Shown in pieces: positions 8,723-21,305 of a DNA stretch of 35,884 bases (position 1 is its first letter; the number at the start of each line of letters is the position of its first letter). Both the position numbers and the translations under genes were made by a program. The notes beneath the pieces were generated by a model. That model was not told the origin of the DNA and made no database searches. It saw only the letters and a list, made by a program, of their open reading frames with translations. The DNA comes from Candidatus Altiarchaeota archaeon (GTDB lineage Archaea > Altiarchaeota > Altiarchaeia > IMC4 > SCGC-AAA252-I15). The stretch lies in contig JAZDMS010000015.1 of the NCBI GenBank assembly GCA_043800705.1, positions 1-35,884 on the forward strand. Reading direction: 5' to 3'.

Positions 8723-9210
8723 CACTTGTTCCTCCTCCTCATTACGACAAGATCCCCGAGCGTGACCTCCTTCGAAACCCCCTTCGATGAGGGCTCATCC
8801 TCCTCCTGATGGGTGGCAAGCAGCCTGACACCCAGCCTCGACTCCAAGAGATGGGCCAAACCCTCAGCGGGCTCGAATTTACCCAACTCGATCCTGTGAA
8901 TCAGAGAATGCGTCTCATTGACCATCTTGCCGAGGTCATCCTGCGTCCAGCCGCGTTTCTCGCGCGCAGCCTTCACTTTCGCCCCGAAATCGTCGACTAG
9001 GTCGAACTCCAGCTTGCCTTTGGCCTCGGACACGCTCTCCGGCTTGGGGGCTGATGCTGCAGGAGCCTTCGGTTTAGGCTTCGGCGCGGGCCTGATCTGG
9101 GATACGCGCTCGCCTAGGCTCGCACAGATCGGGCATGCCGATACGACGCTGCCTTCCAGCTTTATCCTGAATCCCTCGTTGCCGGGCTTGCCGCAAAGTT
9201 CGCAGATCAT
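8722..9210 (-). CDS. mbf1: Archaeal multiprotein bridging factor aMBF1 (Zn ribbon + HTH)
   Basis: MICELCG..CPICASLG zinc ribbon and LVDDFGAKVKAAREKRGWTQDDL..IHRIELG HTH, ending in TLGD. A minus-strand TTATAT ~25 bp upstream supports the start at 9210. Confidence 0.92.
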   Translation of the reverse strand: MICELCGKPGNEGFRIKLEGSVVSACPICASLGERVSQIRPAPKPKPKAPAASAPKPESVSEAKGKLEFDLVDDFGAKVKAAREKRGWTQDDLGKMVNETHSLIHRIELGKFEPAEGLAHLLESRLGVRLLATHQEEDEPSSKGVSKEVTLGDLVVMRRRNK

Positions 9211-9281
9211 GCAGAAAATATATGCGGCCAGCACATATAAGGACGAACGTTACCGTTCGGCCACGCCCGAAGCATTCGTAC

Positions 9282-9296
9282 AGAAAGGTATTTAAA
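9282..9296 (+). promoter_or_regulatory. BRE/TATA-like promoter for the secreted-enzyme cluster, probably leaderless
   Basis: Purine-rich AGAAAGGTA followed by TTTAAA, ~25 bp before ATG 9319. Confidence 0.55.
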
Positions 9297-9318
9297 CGGA
9301 ATCTCCAATACCCTACAC

Positions 9319-11708
<2,390 letters not shown>

Positions 11709-11712
<4 letters not shown>

Positions 11713-12440
11713 AAAGCTTGATAGTGGCGATGATCATGATAGCGGCCCTCGCGGCACCCGCGTCGGCGTTGAGGAATCCCTCATCCATCTACTGCGAGGC
11801 GATGGGGTACAAATACACGGTGGAACACACGCCCGAGGGGGACTGGGGCTACTGCCAGGCGGATGACAAGAAGGTCGAAGCATGGGGATACCTCCTCGGA
11901 AAGGAAGCCCCCGAGAAGAGCTACTGCGCCAAGGAAGGCTACGAGCTGAAGGTCGTCGACGACCCCGTGAAATGCGCCGAATTCGGCCTCACGACATGCT
12001 CCGTATGCGTCCTCAAAGACGGCCGGGAAGTCGAGGTCACGAAGCTGATGAACCTGACGTTCGCCGAGTCGGAGTGCGGAGACGGCACATGCGGCTACCC
12101 CGAGAACTACGAGACATGCCCCAAGGACTGCAAGACCGGCTCCGTCGACGACCTCTGCGACGGCGCAAAGGACGGCATATGCGACCCCGACTGCCTCCTC
12201 CAAGGGAAGGCGAAGAACGACGCCGACTGCGAGTCGATGACTACGACGACGGCGGCCGCAAGCCCCACCACGACGGCGGCCAAACAGACGACTACCACAG
12301 TCAACGCCGCACCGCCAAGGCAGACCACGCTCCCCCCCACAAAACCGCTAGAGCAGCAGAAGGACACGGGCTGCGTCCCATTCCTCTTAGCCCCGATAGC
12401 ATTGATTTTCACCTTGGTCTCCTCGAAGCCGTGGATCTAA
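11709..12440 (+). CDS. Secreted DUF333-like/Cys-rich protein with Thr stalk and C-terminal membrane anchor
   Basis: ATGA overlap with the upstream stop and a signal peptide. RNPSSIYCEAMGY resembles DUF333. It continues with a CGDGTC..CPKDC..DGICDPDC module and ends in TGCVPFLLAPIALIF. Confidence 0.8.
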
Positions 12441-12480
12441 GGTTATATTCCTCCCCCACCAATTGTATCTGGGCGGTATC

Positions 12481-15216
12481 ATGAGATTGTGTGCGGTTCT
12501 CTGCGTGTTGGCGATGCTTTCGATTAATGTGTCATCATTTACCCTCATTGACCCTTCCTGCTCGTCGATAACGAATCCCACGAGCCAGAAATCATGCGAC
12601 GCGGGCGCATGCGCGAGCGGCCCATGTATATACCATATCTCCCTGGCATACAAGGGGGGCTACTGCTCATGCGACACGACCACGACGACGACCACGACCC
12701 TGCAGGCCTGCACATACGACCGCAAATACGAGCAATGCGTGGGAACCTGCCGCAAAGGATACGACTGCATTCCCTCAGGCCAATACCAGTGCTCATGCCA
12801 GGCTACGACCACGACGACACTCAGGACTCAGATCCCATGCTACTTCAGCGAAAAGCAAGGCAAGTGTACCGGGGCATGCTCCCTCGGGACATGCACTGAG
12901 ACGGCGCCATACCAGTGCGCATGCATGAAATCTGCCGCATTTCCCAAGTCCACATCGACTACGACGACAACGATATACATGCCAACCGTGTCCGACCTTA
13001 TCCCCCACATAACCGACACCACAATCCTGCGCCCCGTAGTCGATATCAAACCGGCAGCCGAATTGCTCTGGGCCATCAGGGACGACGACGGCGACGGAGT
13101 CTTCAACGGGCAGGACGACTGCCCCCAGACGCCGGCCGGCATCCCCGTGTTCGACGACGGATGCGGATGCACCGACTCCGACGGCGGGAAGAAGAGCCAC
13201 CTCTTCGGCTCCATCACGCAGACATCGGCTCAGACGACCACCACCCAAGGCACACTCTCCCCGGCTGTCGCGCCTCAGGTCTCAGCCCTGGTGGTCGACG
13301 ACTACTGCATCAACAACATGACCCTCATCGAATACTACTGCAACGAATCCCAACGGAGGGATTCATACAACTACACATGTCCCGCAGGCTGCAGAAGCGG
13401 CGTATGCGTCTGCAACGACGGCGACGGCGGCAAAGTCTACAACGTCACAGGAACGTTCATGGTGCATGTCGGCGGCGGAGGCGGCCAAAGAGCCGGCCAA
13501 TCCCCAGGAAAAGGCCAGGTCACCCTCGCCGGCGGCCAGACCGTACGCCTGCAGAACACGCAGTATGCCGCCCAGGCCGCGCAGTATAGGGTGCCCGCAT
13601 ACATGCCCATGGGCGACTATTGCCTCTCCGACACAGTCCTCAAGGAGTTCTACTGCGACGAGAACGGCACAATCAACACCGAGACCGTGTTCTGCAAGGA
13701 CGCCTGCCAGGGCGGAAGATGCGTCATCATCCCCAACGTCAGGATCCTACTGGTCCCCGTCAACTGGAACGGCAACCAGGCCTCATTCAACACCGCAGTG
13801 AATACGCAGATGAACTTCTTCAAGAACGCAGTCCCCCTCAAAGACTGCCCTGAAGAGCTCGAAATAGTCAAGATGAACGTCACCGACGGCATGTCGGCTG
13901 CGGACTTCCTCGGCTGCACGACCGCGAGCGTCGGATATCACGTCGACGACCTTGGAATAGACCGAGCAGACTACGACGTCGTCGTCGGCCTCACCAACCA
14001 GAAGACCTGCGGCAACATCGTCGGAAGGAGCAACGGCGCAGACACGGTCTGGGTGTATTCGGGATACGACAGCGTGGGCGCCCACGAGCTGGGGCACATC
14101 TTCGGCCTCGAGGACCAGTACTGCAGCAACCCGGCGGGCGCCACGGACGGAAGGTGCAACGACGGCGACCTGCAGGGCGACGGAGCAACCACAGGAGACG
14201 TCAACTGGCTGGATGCCGCGGGACCGTACGATTGCCCTGCGGGCGGCGGAGTCGACTCCGGAGGCGACCCGTGCTGCAACTTCTACGACGACGTCTACAA
14301 CGACAAGTATGTCAACTGCACGGGAGTCTCCTACGGGATTTGCTGCCTCGGCAACAGGCACACCGCAGGCGGAGGAAGGTCGATAATGAGCTTCGCCGAC
14401 GTAGACCTATTCTCGCCGGGTGCGAGGGCCTTCGACGGCCACGACAAAGCCCATCTGGCCACCGTCCCACAGCTCCAATGCGGCAACAGCCTCCTGATGT
14501 ATCTGCCCCTCCTGCACCTCATCGGCTCGGATGCGCAGGCAATGTCCGATGACGCAGCAGCCAGCGAAACGCCCGGCACCGAACAACCCGAAGGATATTC
14601 GACGAACCTCTCCAGCGGGAAGGTCGTCGCAGTCAGCCTCGAAGTCGGCAAAGACGGCAAAGTCAAGGAAAACCGGCTGCTCCTTTTGGACGGCAGGCCG
14701 ACGATGATCCCCGCCGAAGATGGGGCCTACAACCTCATGGTCGTCGATTCCGAAGGCAACGAGCTTTGGAGCGCGCTGTTCAACCTATACTTCGACTACG
14801 AAGGCCCTGTCACATTCGGGCAAGACTATTCCGGCGCAGGCGTAGTAAGCCGCGAAGTCAGCTACAGGATACCCTACTACCCCCAGATGAAGGAGGTCAG
14901 GCTATACAAGCAAGGGAAGATAATCTATACGAGGGGGCTCGACTTCTGCAACGCAGACGGCGTCTGCGGCCCGACAGAGACTGAACAAACGTGCCCCTCG
15001 GACTGCAGGAGCGGCGAAAAGGACAAAGTCTGCGACAAGGCAGCGGACGGAATCTGCGACCCGGACTGCGGCACGAACGTCGACCCGGACTGCTCCAAGG
15101 CAAAGGTGCAGACCGCCAAACCAGCCGAACCCACGGAAAACGAAGGATGCATGCCCCTTCTCCTCGCGCCTCTCGCGTTGCTTGCGGCAGGAGCCCATAA
15201 GCTTTTATTCGCATAG
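12481..15216 (+). CDS. Secreted Cys/Thr-rich metzincin-type zinc metalloprotease with fused anchor module
   Basis: Signal peptide, and an N-terminus paralogous to the 9319 gene. CxDxDGG..DYC..LxExYC repeats, HELGHIFGLED zinc motif and an SIMS Met-turn candidate. It ends with CPSDC..DGICDPDC and EGCMPLLLAPLALL. Confidence 0.85.
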   Translation: MRLCAVLCVLAMLSINVSSFTLIDPSCSSITNPTSQKSCDAGACASGPCIYHISLAYKGGYCSCDTTTTTTTTLQACTYDRKYEQCVGTCRKGYDCIPSGQYQCSCQATTTTTLRTQIPCYFSEKQGKCTGACSLGTCTETAPYQCACMKSAAFPKSTSTTTTTIYMPTVSDLIPHITDTTILRPVVDIKPAAELLWAIRDDDGDGVFNGQDDCPQTPAGIPVFDDGCGCTDSDGGKKSHLFGSITQTSAQTTTTQGTLSPAVAPQVSALVVDDYCINNMTLIEYYCNESQRRDSYNYTCPAGCRSGVCVCNDGDGGKVYNVTGTFMVHVGGGGGQRAGQSPGKGQVTLAGGQTVRLQNTQYAAQAAQYRVPAYMPMGDYCLSDTVLKEFYCDENGTINTETVFCKDACQGGRCVIIPNVRILLVPVNWNGNQASFNTAVNTQMNFFKNAVPLKDCPEELEIVKMNVTDGMSAADFLGCTTASVGYHVDDLGIDRADYDVVVGLTNQKTCGNIVGRSNGADTVWVYSGYDSVGAHELGHIFGLEDQYCSNPAGATDGRCNDGDLQGDGATTGDVNWLDAAGPYDCPAGGGVDSGGDPCCNFYDDVYNDKYVNCTGVSYGICCLGNRHTAGGGRSIMSFADVDLFSPGARAFDGHDKAHLATVPQLQCGNSLLMYLPLLHLIGSDAQAMSDDAAASETPGTEQPEGYSTNLSSGKVVAVSLEVGKDGKVKENRLLLLDGRPTMIPAEDGAYNLMVVDSEGNELWSALFNLYFDYEGPVTFGQDYSGAGVVSREVSYRIPYYPQMKEVRLYKQGKIIYTRGLDFCNADGVCGPTETEQTCPSDCRSGEKDKVCDKAADGICDPDCGTNVDPDCSKAKVQTAKPAEPTENEGCMPLLLAPLALLAAGAHKLLFA

Positions 15217-15231
15217 TCCAATTTCTGAAAC

Positions 15232-17790
15232 ATGTGGGTCTGGTTGGTCGCCTTATTGCTAGCCTTAAGCTCAACCGTCTCTGCCGCCAGCGATTACACC
15301 TGTTCCCAGATGCCCTCCTCATCATGTTCGAAGGGCACATGTCCGCAAGGCCAGGCATGCTCCTATCAGATGACGATATCGCATCCGGGAGGCTACTGCG
15401 GCTGCGTCGCGACGACAACGACCACGACCCAGCCATCATGCGCGATGAACCAGAAGACCGGCCAGTGCGCAGGCACCTGCCCGCAGGGCAGCTCATGCAT
15501 CCTCAAGAGCTACATCTCGCATCCGGGCACGTACTGCGGCTGCGGCGCGACCACCACGTCGACCACGACGACTCTGAGGCCGTGCACGCAGAATCCCAAA
15601 TCCGGCGCATGCGAAGGGACATGCTCCAAGGGCCTGTCGTGCGGCTCGTACTTCGGCAAATGCGCATGCATAGCGCCGACGACAACACTCAGGCTTATGC
15701 TTCCGACCATCACCCTCCCCCCCATTATGATCTCGACAACCACGACGACCCAGCCTCGCATGCAACCCCCGACAGTAGGCGACCTGGTAGTTCGGGTTAC
15801 GTTCCCGACCACGACGACAATCCGGCACGTGTCCGGCGGATCGCGTCTGCCCGACCGCGACGGCGACGGCGTATCTGACCTCACCGACAACTGCGTGAAC
15901 GTCTCCAACGCGGAGCAGATAGACATAGACTACGACGGAGTCGGCGACGTATGCGACTGGTGCCGTTGCATGACCTGTGGAGAGACCCCGGATCCGGCCT
16001 ACAACTACGACCAATCAGACTGGAGAGGCTGCGGATGCAAGGACTCCGACGGGGGAGACAACCCCTACCGGAAGGGCACCCTAGCCCACGACGAGGAATG
16101 GGACGGCGCCGGAGCGCCTCCGCCGACCCCATCCGGGACCCCCACAGCTGGCGGAACAATGATGGCGGGCGTAACCCTTGCCGGGATGGGCGCTCCGATA
16201 CCCTCCGGCTCCAACGACTACAGGCCGACGACCTACGAAGACTACTGCGTCTCATACAACACACTAAGGGAATACTATTGCACGCCAGACGGATACAACT
16301 GGACCGTCCGCACATGCGCTGAGCGGTGCCGCGACGGAGCATGCCTGTGCGGGACGACTGGCGACGGCAACAACCAGTTCATGCACAACGTCTCCGAAGG
16401 CTCATATTCCGACACCTGCCTGAACGCCACCCATCTGCGCGAGCACTACTTCACCCCATCAGGGACGACCTGCGAACACAGGAATCAGACCTACGAATGC
16501 GTCCTGGGATGCGTCTGGGGCGACTGCCTATGCGGCGAGACCGACGCAGGGAACCAGCTGATGACCCGGGGGACGACGGCGCTCGGCCACACCGACTCAT
16601 GCCTGTCCTCGTCGAGGATAAGGGAATATTGGATATCCTCCGAGGACCCCTGCACCGAATCACACACCGATACGAACTGCCCCGCAGGATACGCGTGCTC
16701 CGAAGGCGCATGCAAGCCCGCAAGCTGCACCAACGGCGTACGCGACGGGGACGAAGCCGGCGCAGACTGCGGCGGCACATGGTGCCCGCCGTGCAGCCCC
16801 TGCGAAACAGGCGCCAAGTGGGCCCCGACCGACGGCCCTTGCACGAGGAAGTGGCCGACCGACCAGGGGCCTAGGATCGAAGGCAACACGGAAATGGACT
16901 CATGCTCCCTCTACGAGGTCTGCGACAACAGCCTCGACTACATAGTCGAAGACGCCCTCAAATGCTGCGAGAACGAAGACTACGAGAGCGTACTCACCGG
17001 CTCAAGGCGGGATTCCAAACACCTCGCATGCAACTGGGCGAGGGAGACGTCGGGGCTCAACGCCGACTACAACCCCACGACCTACAAGAAATGCAGGGCG
17101 ATATTCGCCGCAAGCGCGTTCGGCTACGCTGCTGTCTACATGCAGGGCTACTTCCACGGCGAATGGTGCTGCTACGACGACACCGGCATATGCCCCGACG
17201 GCTGCGGATCCTTCGGAGTAAATCCCCCCGCTTGGGAGATGGGCAGCGCGACCAACTGCCGCGGCGAAGGGGGAGCGAGGCCCGACTTCCAGATGGGAGG
17301 CCACCGCTGCGCCTACAACACCTTCCTGTGGTGGAAATGGGGCAAGGCCGGATACTGGAGCTCCGACACGAACTATGAGTCCAACAGCGACTCCGTCGTC
17401 GACGTGCCAGCCCACGCAAGCATCGACCGCCTCAGCACCGGGACCTGCGTAGACTACTCCGTCGCGATGACGACGATCCTCAGGAAGATGGGATACGACC
17501 GCGACAGCATATACTCCGTCGACGGCGACGGCCACTGGTACAACCTCATCAAGCTGCCAGGCGACGCCAAATGGCACTACCTCGACACCGTCGGGAACCG
17601 CGGCAGCGAGATCATGGGCGGGACCGGATGGCCCGACATCAACAACCAAAGCGACCCTGCCCGACCCTCCTACGGGTACGACTACTGCAGGAAGATGGAC
17701 GACGGATGCTCCAACGACAACTATGGCGAAAGCACGGGCCGATGCCCGTCCAACAACAACATATACAACTGCGAGGGGATACCAAGATGA
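15232..17790 (+). CDS. Secreted Cys/Thr-rich protein with C-terminal transglutaminase-like domain
   Basis: Signal peptide, the same Cys/Thr modules, a TSP3-like DRDGDGVSD and CKDSDGG-type repeats. The candidate Cys-His-Asp triad is GTCVDYS..GHWYN..WHYLD. Confidence 0.82.
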   Translation: MWVWLVALLLALSSTVSAASDYTCSQMPSSSCSKGTCPQGQACSYQMTISHPGGYCGCVATTTTTTQPSCAMNQKTGQCAGTCPQGSSCILKSYISHPGTYCGCGATTTSTTTTLRPCTQNPKSGACEGTCSKGLSCGSYFGKCACIAPTTTLRLMLPTITLPPIMISTTTTTQPRMQPPTVGDLVVRVTFPTTTTIRHVSGGSRLPDRDGDGVSDLTDNCVNVSNAEQIDIDYDGVGDVCDWCRCMTCGETPDPAYNYDQSDWRGCGCKDSDGGDNPYRKGTLAHDEEWDGAGAPPPTPSGTPTAGGTMMAGVTLAGMGAPIPSGSNDYRPTTYEDYCVSYNTLREYYCTPDGYNWTVRTCAERCRDGACLCGTTGDGNNQFMHNVSEGSYSDTCLNATHLREHYFTPSGTTCEHRNQTYECVLGCVWGDCLCGETDAGNQLMTRGTTALGHTDSCLSSSRIREYWISSEDPCTESHTDTNCPAGYACSEGACKPASCTNGVRDGDEAGADCGGTWCPPCSPCETGAKWAPTDGPCTRKWPTDQGPRIEGNTEMDSCSLYEVCDNSLDYIVEDALKCCENEDYESVLTGSRRDSKHLACNWARETSGLNADYNPTTYKKCRAIFAASAFGYAAVYMQGYFHGEWCCYDDTGICPDGCGSFGVNPPAWEMGSATNCRGEGGARPDFQMGGHRCAYNTFLWWKWGKAGYWSSDTNYESNSDSVVDVPAHASIDRLSTGTCVDYSVAMTTILRKMGYDRDSIYSVDGDGHWYNLIKLPGDAKWHYLDTVGNRGSEIMGGTGWPDINNQSDPARPSYGYDYCRKMDDGCSNDNYGESTGRCPSNNNIYNCEGIPR

Positions 17791-18596
17791 AACCCGTAGC
17801 GCTCCTGCTCATCCTCCTCATCGCATCCTCCGCCGCAGCGATCGAACCCCTCAAGGACAAGAGGCCTGCGAACGTCTCCGCAGACGCGGAAGTTGTGGAG
17901 GCCTCCGAGGTCATGGCGATGCCGCAGAACGTCCCGACGAAGGCCGTCAACATGGCCTTCGAGAGGATCGTGCCCGCTTCGGCGAAGGTCGGGGAATACT
18001 TCGACGTGACTCTCAGGCTCACCAACAACGACGGCGAAGAATACGAGGTCATCGTCGTAGACCAGAAGAGGCCCGGCCTCGAATACGACGGCGCCCCGGA
18101 GCCCTATGTGGCCAACTACGAGGCGCTCAAGGTCGAGCTCCTAAGATGGCGCGACAGGATAGGCGACGGACAGACGAGGGAATACTCGTACAGGGTCCGC
18201 GCGACAAAGCCGATGACCGCGACGTTCGCTGTCGCGACCGCAGACGACACCTACGGGAACACCTTCGAGTCGAAGCCAGCGTACACCGCCATATCCTGCG
18301 AGCCTGACGGCAAATGCGGCCCTGGAGAGAACCACGCCCTCTGCCCCAGCGACTGCGAGACAGGCATCAAAGACGACTCATGCGACGGCGTCCAAGACGG
18401 CATGATCGACCCGGACTGCGCCCAAGGCGCAGACCCCGACCCGCCATCTATGCCATCGACGACGCTGAAGCCAAAAACGACCCTGCCGCAGACAAAACCG
18501 CTCGACCGGGAAAATGAGACCGGCTGCCTTCCCTTCATGCTCGCCCCCTTGGCGTTATTAACGTCCCTGACAGCGAAGGCCTTGAGGATGCCTTAA
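17787..18596 (+). CDS. Secreted Ig-like (DUF11/BatD-like) protein with Cys-rich module and C-terminal membrane anchor
   Basis: ATG 17787 in ATGA overlap, preceded by GAGGGG. Signal peptide MKPVALLLILL, beta-sandwich pattern VGEYFDVTLRLTN..YSYRVRA, CPSDC..DGMIDPDC, and tail TGCLPFMLAPLALL. Confidence 0.8.
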   Translation: MKPVALLLILLIASSAAAIEPLKDKRPANVSADAEVVEASEVMAMPQNVPTKAVNMAFERIVPASAKVGEYFDVTLRLTNNDGEEYEVIVVDQKRPGLEYDGAPEPYVANYEALKVELLRWRDRIGDGQTREYSYRVRATKPMTATFAVATADDTYGNTFESKPAYTAISCEPDGKCGPGENHALCPSDCETGIKDDSCDGVQDGMIDPDCAQGADPDPPSMPSTTLKPKTTLPQTKPLDRENETGCLPFMLAPLALLTSLTAKALRMP

Positions 18597-20842
18597 CTCG
18601 ATTCTTCAGTCAACAACCTGATGTAACTCATCCGCAGCTTTTCAGCCACACTGCCTGGCTTCCCGTCGCCTATTGTCCTGCCGTCCAATTCCACGACTGG
18701 CACGACCCCCGCAATCGAGCTAGTCTTGAACATCTCCTGCGCATTCGGCAGCTCAGAGGCGTATACGTCCCGCACATCCGCGGGGATGCCCAACTCAGCC
18801 GCCAACTCCAATATCGCCTCCCTGACGATGCCAGGAAGGAGGCCTGAATCCACCGGTGGAGTGACCAGCCTGCCGTCGAATACGAAGAAGACGTTCGCGG
18901 TGGAACATTCGGTCACGTTCCCTTGCTCGTTCAGGAGGATGATGTCGTCGACCTTCCTGTCCGCGGCCTCGGCCTTCGCAAGCGCGCTGATGAGGCAGTT
19001 GGTCGACTTGATCCTGGAGCGCAGGTCCTTCGAGTATCTCGTGTGCTTATCGGACACCGCCAGCCTCGCAGGCGCAGGGTCCTCGTCGGGCAGCTTCCTG
19101 GCTATTATGATGAGCGTTGGTTTCACGTCTTTGGGGAAGTCTAGTCGCGGCTGCCCGGACCCCCTTGTAATGGTCATCCTGACGTATGCGTCGGATAGCC
19201 TGTTTTCCTGCAGCGTCGACCTGATCATTTCCCTAAAATCCTTATCCGACCATGGTAAGGGGATGTCCACCAGCCTCGCAGCCTCCCTGAGCCTGGCGAG
19301 GTGGCGTCCCAGCCTGAAAACCCTGCCGCCGTCAGCCCTCATAGTCTCATAGATGCCGTAGCCGTAGAGCATCCCGTAGTCCAACGGCGAAACCGACGCC
19401 TCGGATTCGTCCACCATCCTCCCGTCGACGTATGCTTTCATGCCGTACTCCTGCGACCCCAGGGACTGCAGGAGCGCCCTGGCCTTGTCAATCGTCTCAT
19501 CATATTCCCCCTTGGGGTCCGAGTCCGCGACGATGCCGCCGCCGACGTTAAAGAATGCCCTCCCCTGCCTATAAACGACCGTCCTTATCACGATGTTTAA
19601 GTCCATATCCCCGTCATACCCCAGGTATCCTATCGATCCGGTATAGATCCCCCTCCTGACCGGCTCCAACTCGTCTATTATCTCGATGGCCCTCACCTTC
19701 GGAGCGCCGGTTATCGAACCGCCGGGGAAGCAGGCCCTGACGCAGTCTACCAGGCCGACGCCGTCCCTCAACCTACCCCGCACCGTAGACACGAGATGAT
19801 GGACCGTATTATATGACTCCAGAGCCTCGAACTCCGTCACCTCCACGCTGCCGTACTCGCAGACTTTCCCGAGGTCGTTGCGTTCGAGGTCGACGATCAT
19901 GACATGCTCGGCCCCGTCCTTCACGCTCGCAAGGAGCTCGCGACCCAGTCTCCCATCCTCAGCTTCGTCAATCCCCCGAGGCCTCGTCCCCTTAATCGGC
20001 CTCGTCTCTATTACCCCCTCCCCCACCCTGAGGAACCGCTCAGGCGAAGAAGAGATGACGGCCGTATCCCCGAAACCGAGATAGGCCGCGAAAGGTGCGG
20101 GATTGATACTCCGAAGACTCTTGTAGAGGCTCCAGCCGTCAAGGTCCGCTTCTGCGACGAACCTCTGCGAGAGATTCACCTGATACGCATCCCCCTCCCG
20201 GATATAATCCTTCACCCTCCGCACGGCAGCCTCGTAACCCTCCTTCGTGAAATCGGAGAAGACGGACGTGGCATGTCCCTTTTTCGCCTTGTCAGTAGGC
20301 CAGGAACAATCCCTGACCTTACTCCGAAGCCTCTCCATCCTACCGTCGCATTCCGCATCGTCAGCTCCCGATGCGGTGAGCCAGACCCTTCCCTCGAGGT
20401 TGTCGCAGACGATGGCGCAACCGTAGAAGCCAAACTCCAGGTCCGGCATCCCATGCAAGTCCGGCTTCGTGAGCCTCACGCCCTCGGTGAGCTGGCAGAG
20501 GTCATAGCTCAGATACCCGACCGCTCCTCCCACAAAAGGCAGCGGCCCCCCGTAGTCGACGCGCCTTTCATCCAGCAGCTCCTGCAGCCTCCCCAACGGA
20601 TCGCCGGAAGATCCGTCAATCCTCCCCCCAGACACCTCCTCGATAAGCCCGTCCTTGGACCTGATGACCATGTCCGGCTGTGAGCCTATGATGGAGTATC
20701 TTCCGAGCCTTCTGGGATCGCATCCGCCGTCGAGGAAGAAGCAGTACTCGTCCGCCGAAAACGCCTCGAAAAGGTCGCATGCTCTGTCGGAAAAGAACTC
20801 GCCAGTGACTTCAACCGCACGGGAAAGGGCCCTGCCTGCCAT
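18593..20842 (-). CDS. pabB: Aminodeoxychorismate synthase component I fused to a class IV aminotransferase/ADC lyase (PabB-PabC)
   Basis: Chorismate-binding motifs PFVGGAVGYLSYD, YQVNLS, SSPERF, TRPIKGT, MIVDLERNDL and FPGGSITGAPK. They are followed in frame by DYGMLYGYGIYETMR, HLARL, KS, ECSTAN and LPGIVR. Confidence 0.92.
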   Translation of the reverse strand: MAGRALSRAVEVTGEFFSDRACDLFEAFSADEYCFFLDGGCDPRRLGRYSIIGSQPDMVIRSKDGLIEEVSGGRIDGSSGDPLGRLQELLDERRVDYGGPLPFVGGAVGYLSYDLCQLTEGVRLTKPDLHGMPDLEFGFYGCAIVCDNLEGRVWLTASGADDAECDGRMERLRSKVRDCSWPTDKAKKGHATSVFSDFTKEGYEAAVRRVKDYIREGDAYQVNLSQRFVAEADLDGWSLYKSLRSINPAPFAAYLGFGDTAVISSSPERFLRVGEGVIETRPIKGTRPRGIDEAEDGRLGRELLASVKDGAEHVMIVDLERNDLGKVCEYGSVEVTEFEALESYNTVHHLVSTVRGRLRDGVGLVDCVRACFPGGSITGAPKVRAIEIIDELEPVRRGIYTGSIGYLGYDGDMDLNIVIRTVVYRQGRAFFNVGGGIVADSDPKGEYDETIDKARALLQSLGSQEYGMKAYVDGRMVDESEASVSPLDYGMLYGYGIYETMRADGGRVFRLGRHLARLREAARLVDIPLPWSDKDFREMIRSTLQENRLSDAYVRMTITRGSGQPRLDFPKDVKPTLIIIARKLPDEDPAPARLAVSDKHTRYSKDLRSRIKSTNCLISALAKAEAADRKVDDIILLNEQGNVTECSTANVFFVFDGRLVTPPVDSGLLPGIVREAILELAAELGIPADVRDVYASELPNAQEMFKTSSIAGVVPVVELDGRTIGDGKPGSVAEKLRMSYIRLLTEESS

Positions 20843-20897
20843 GAATCATCCAAGCCGGCTTTCCTGGATCGACGGGCTGGAAACGGCTATTCAAACA

Positions 20898-21305
20898 ATG
20901 CCCAAAGAAAATAAGGCCCTGAAGGTTAAAAAACGAAGCCAACACCACAATCCCGCAGGTCAGGGGAAAATACGCCAAGAAGACTTCTACCCCTGCGTGA
21001 AGCTGGCTCTAAGCCTAGAGCCATCCCGGATGAGTCAGAATCGGGCATTCTTCATCACAACCTACCTCAACAAATCCGGTTACAGCCGGGAAGAGATTAT
21101 CGAAACCTTCAAAAACATATTCAAACACAAATTCAACCCCCAAATAACAGCCACCCAAGTCGACTTCATACTAAAAGGAACCGGAGGCAGACCCTATGGA
21201 TACGCAGGACCAAAAACCGTAAACGAACAATACGGCCTATGCCTCAAGGAAAAATGCCAGCTTTGGAGACAGTACCCCGAATGTTTCAGACAGAAGAGAA
21301 TCTAG
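20898..21305 (+). CDS. Small protein resembling the primase large-subunit C-terminal domain (PriL-CTD/PriX-like)
   Basis: Pattern FYPCVK..RAFFITTYL..G..EEI..F..FN..IT..QV..I..Y..GLC..C resembles archaeal PriL C-termini. The start is uncertain (20841 or 20898). Confidence 0.6.
   Translation: MPKENKALKVKKRSQHHNPAGQGKIRQEDFYPCVKLALSLEPSRMSQNRAFFITTYLNKSGYSREEIIETFKNIFKHKFNPQITATQVDFILKGTGGRPYGYAGPKTVNEQYGLCLKEKCQLWRQYPECFRQKRI

Noticed and set aside
17571-17786. Upstream extension of the anchor gene (341-aa version)
   Set aside because: The signal peptide and ATGA overlap place the start at 17787.
18593-18596. Overlapping convergent gene ends (also 3187-3203 and 7232-7245)
   Set aside because: This is ordinary in compact archaeal genomes.
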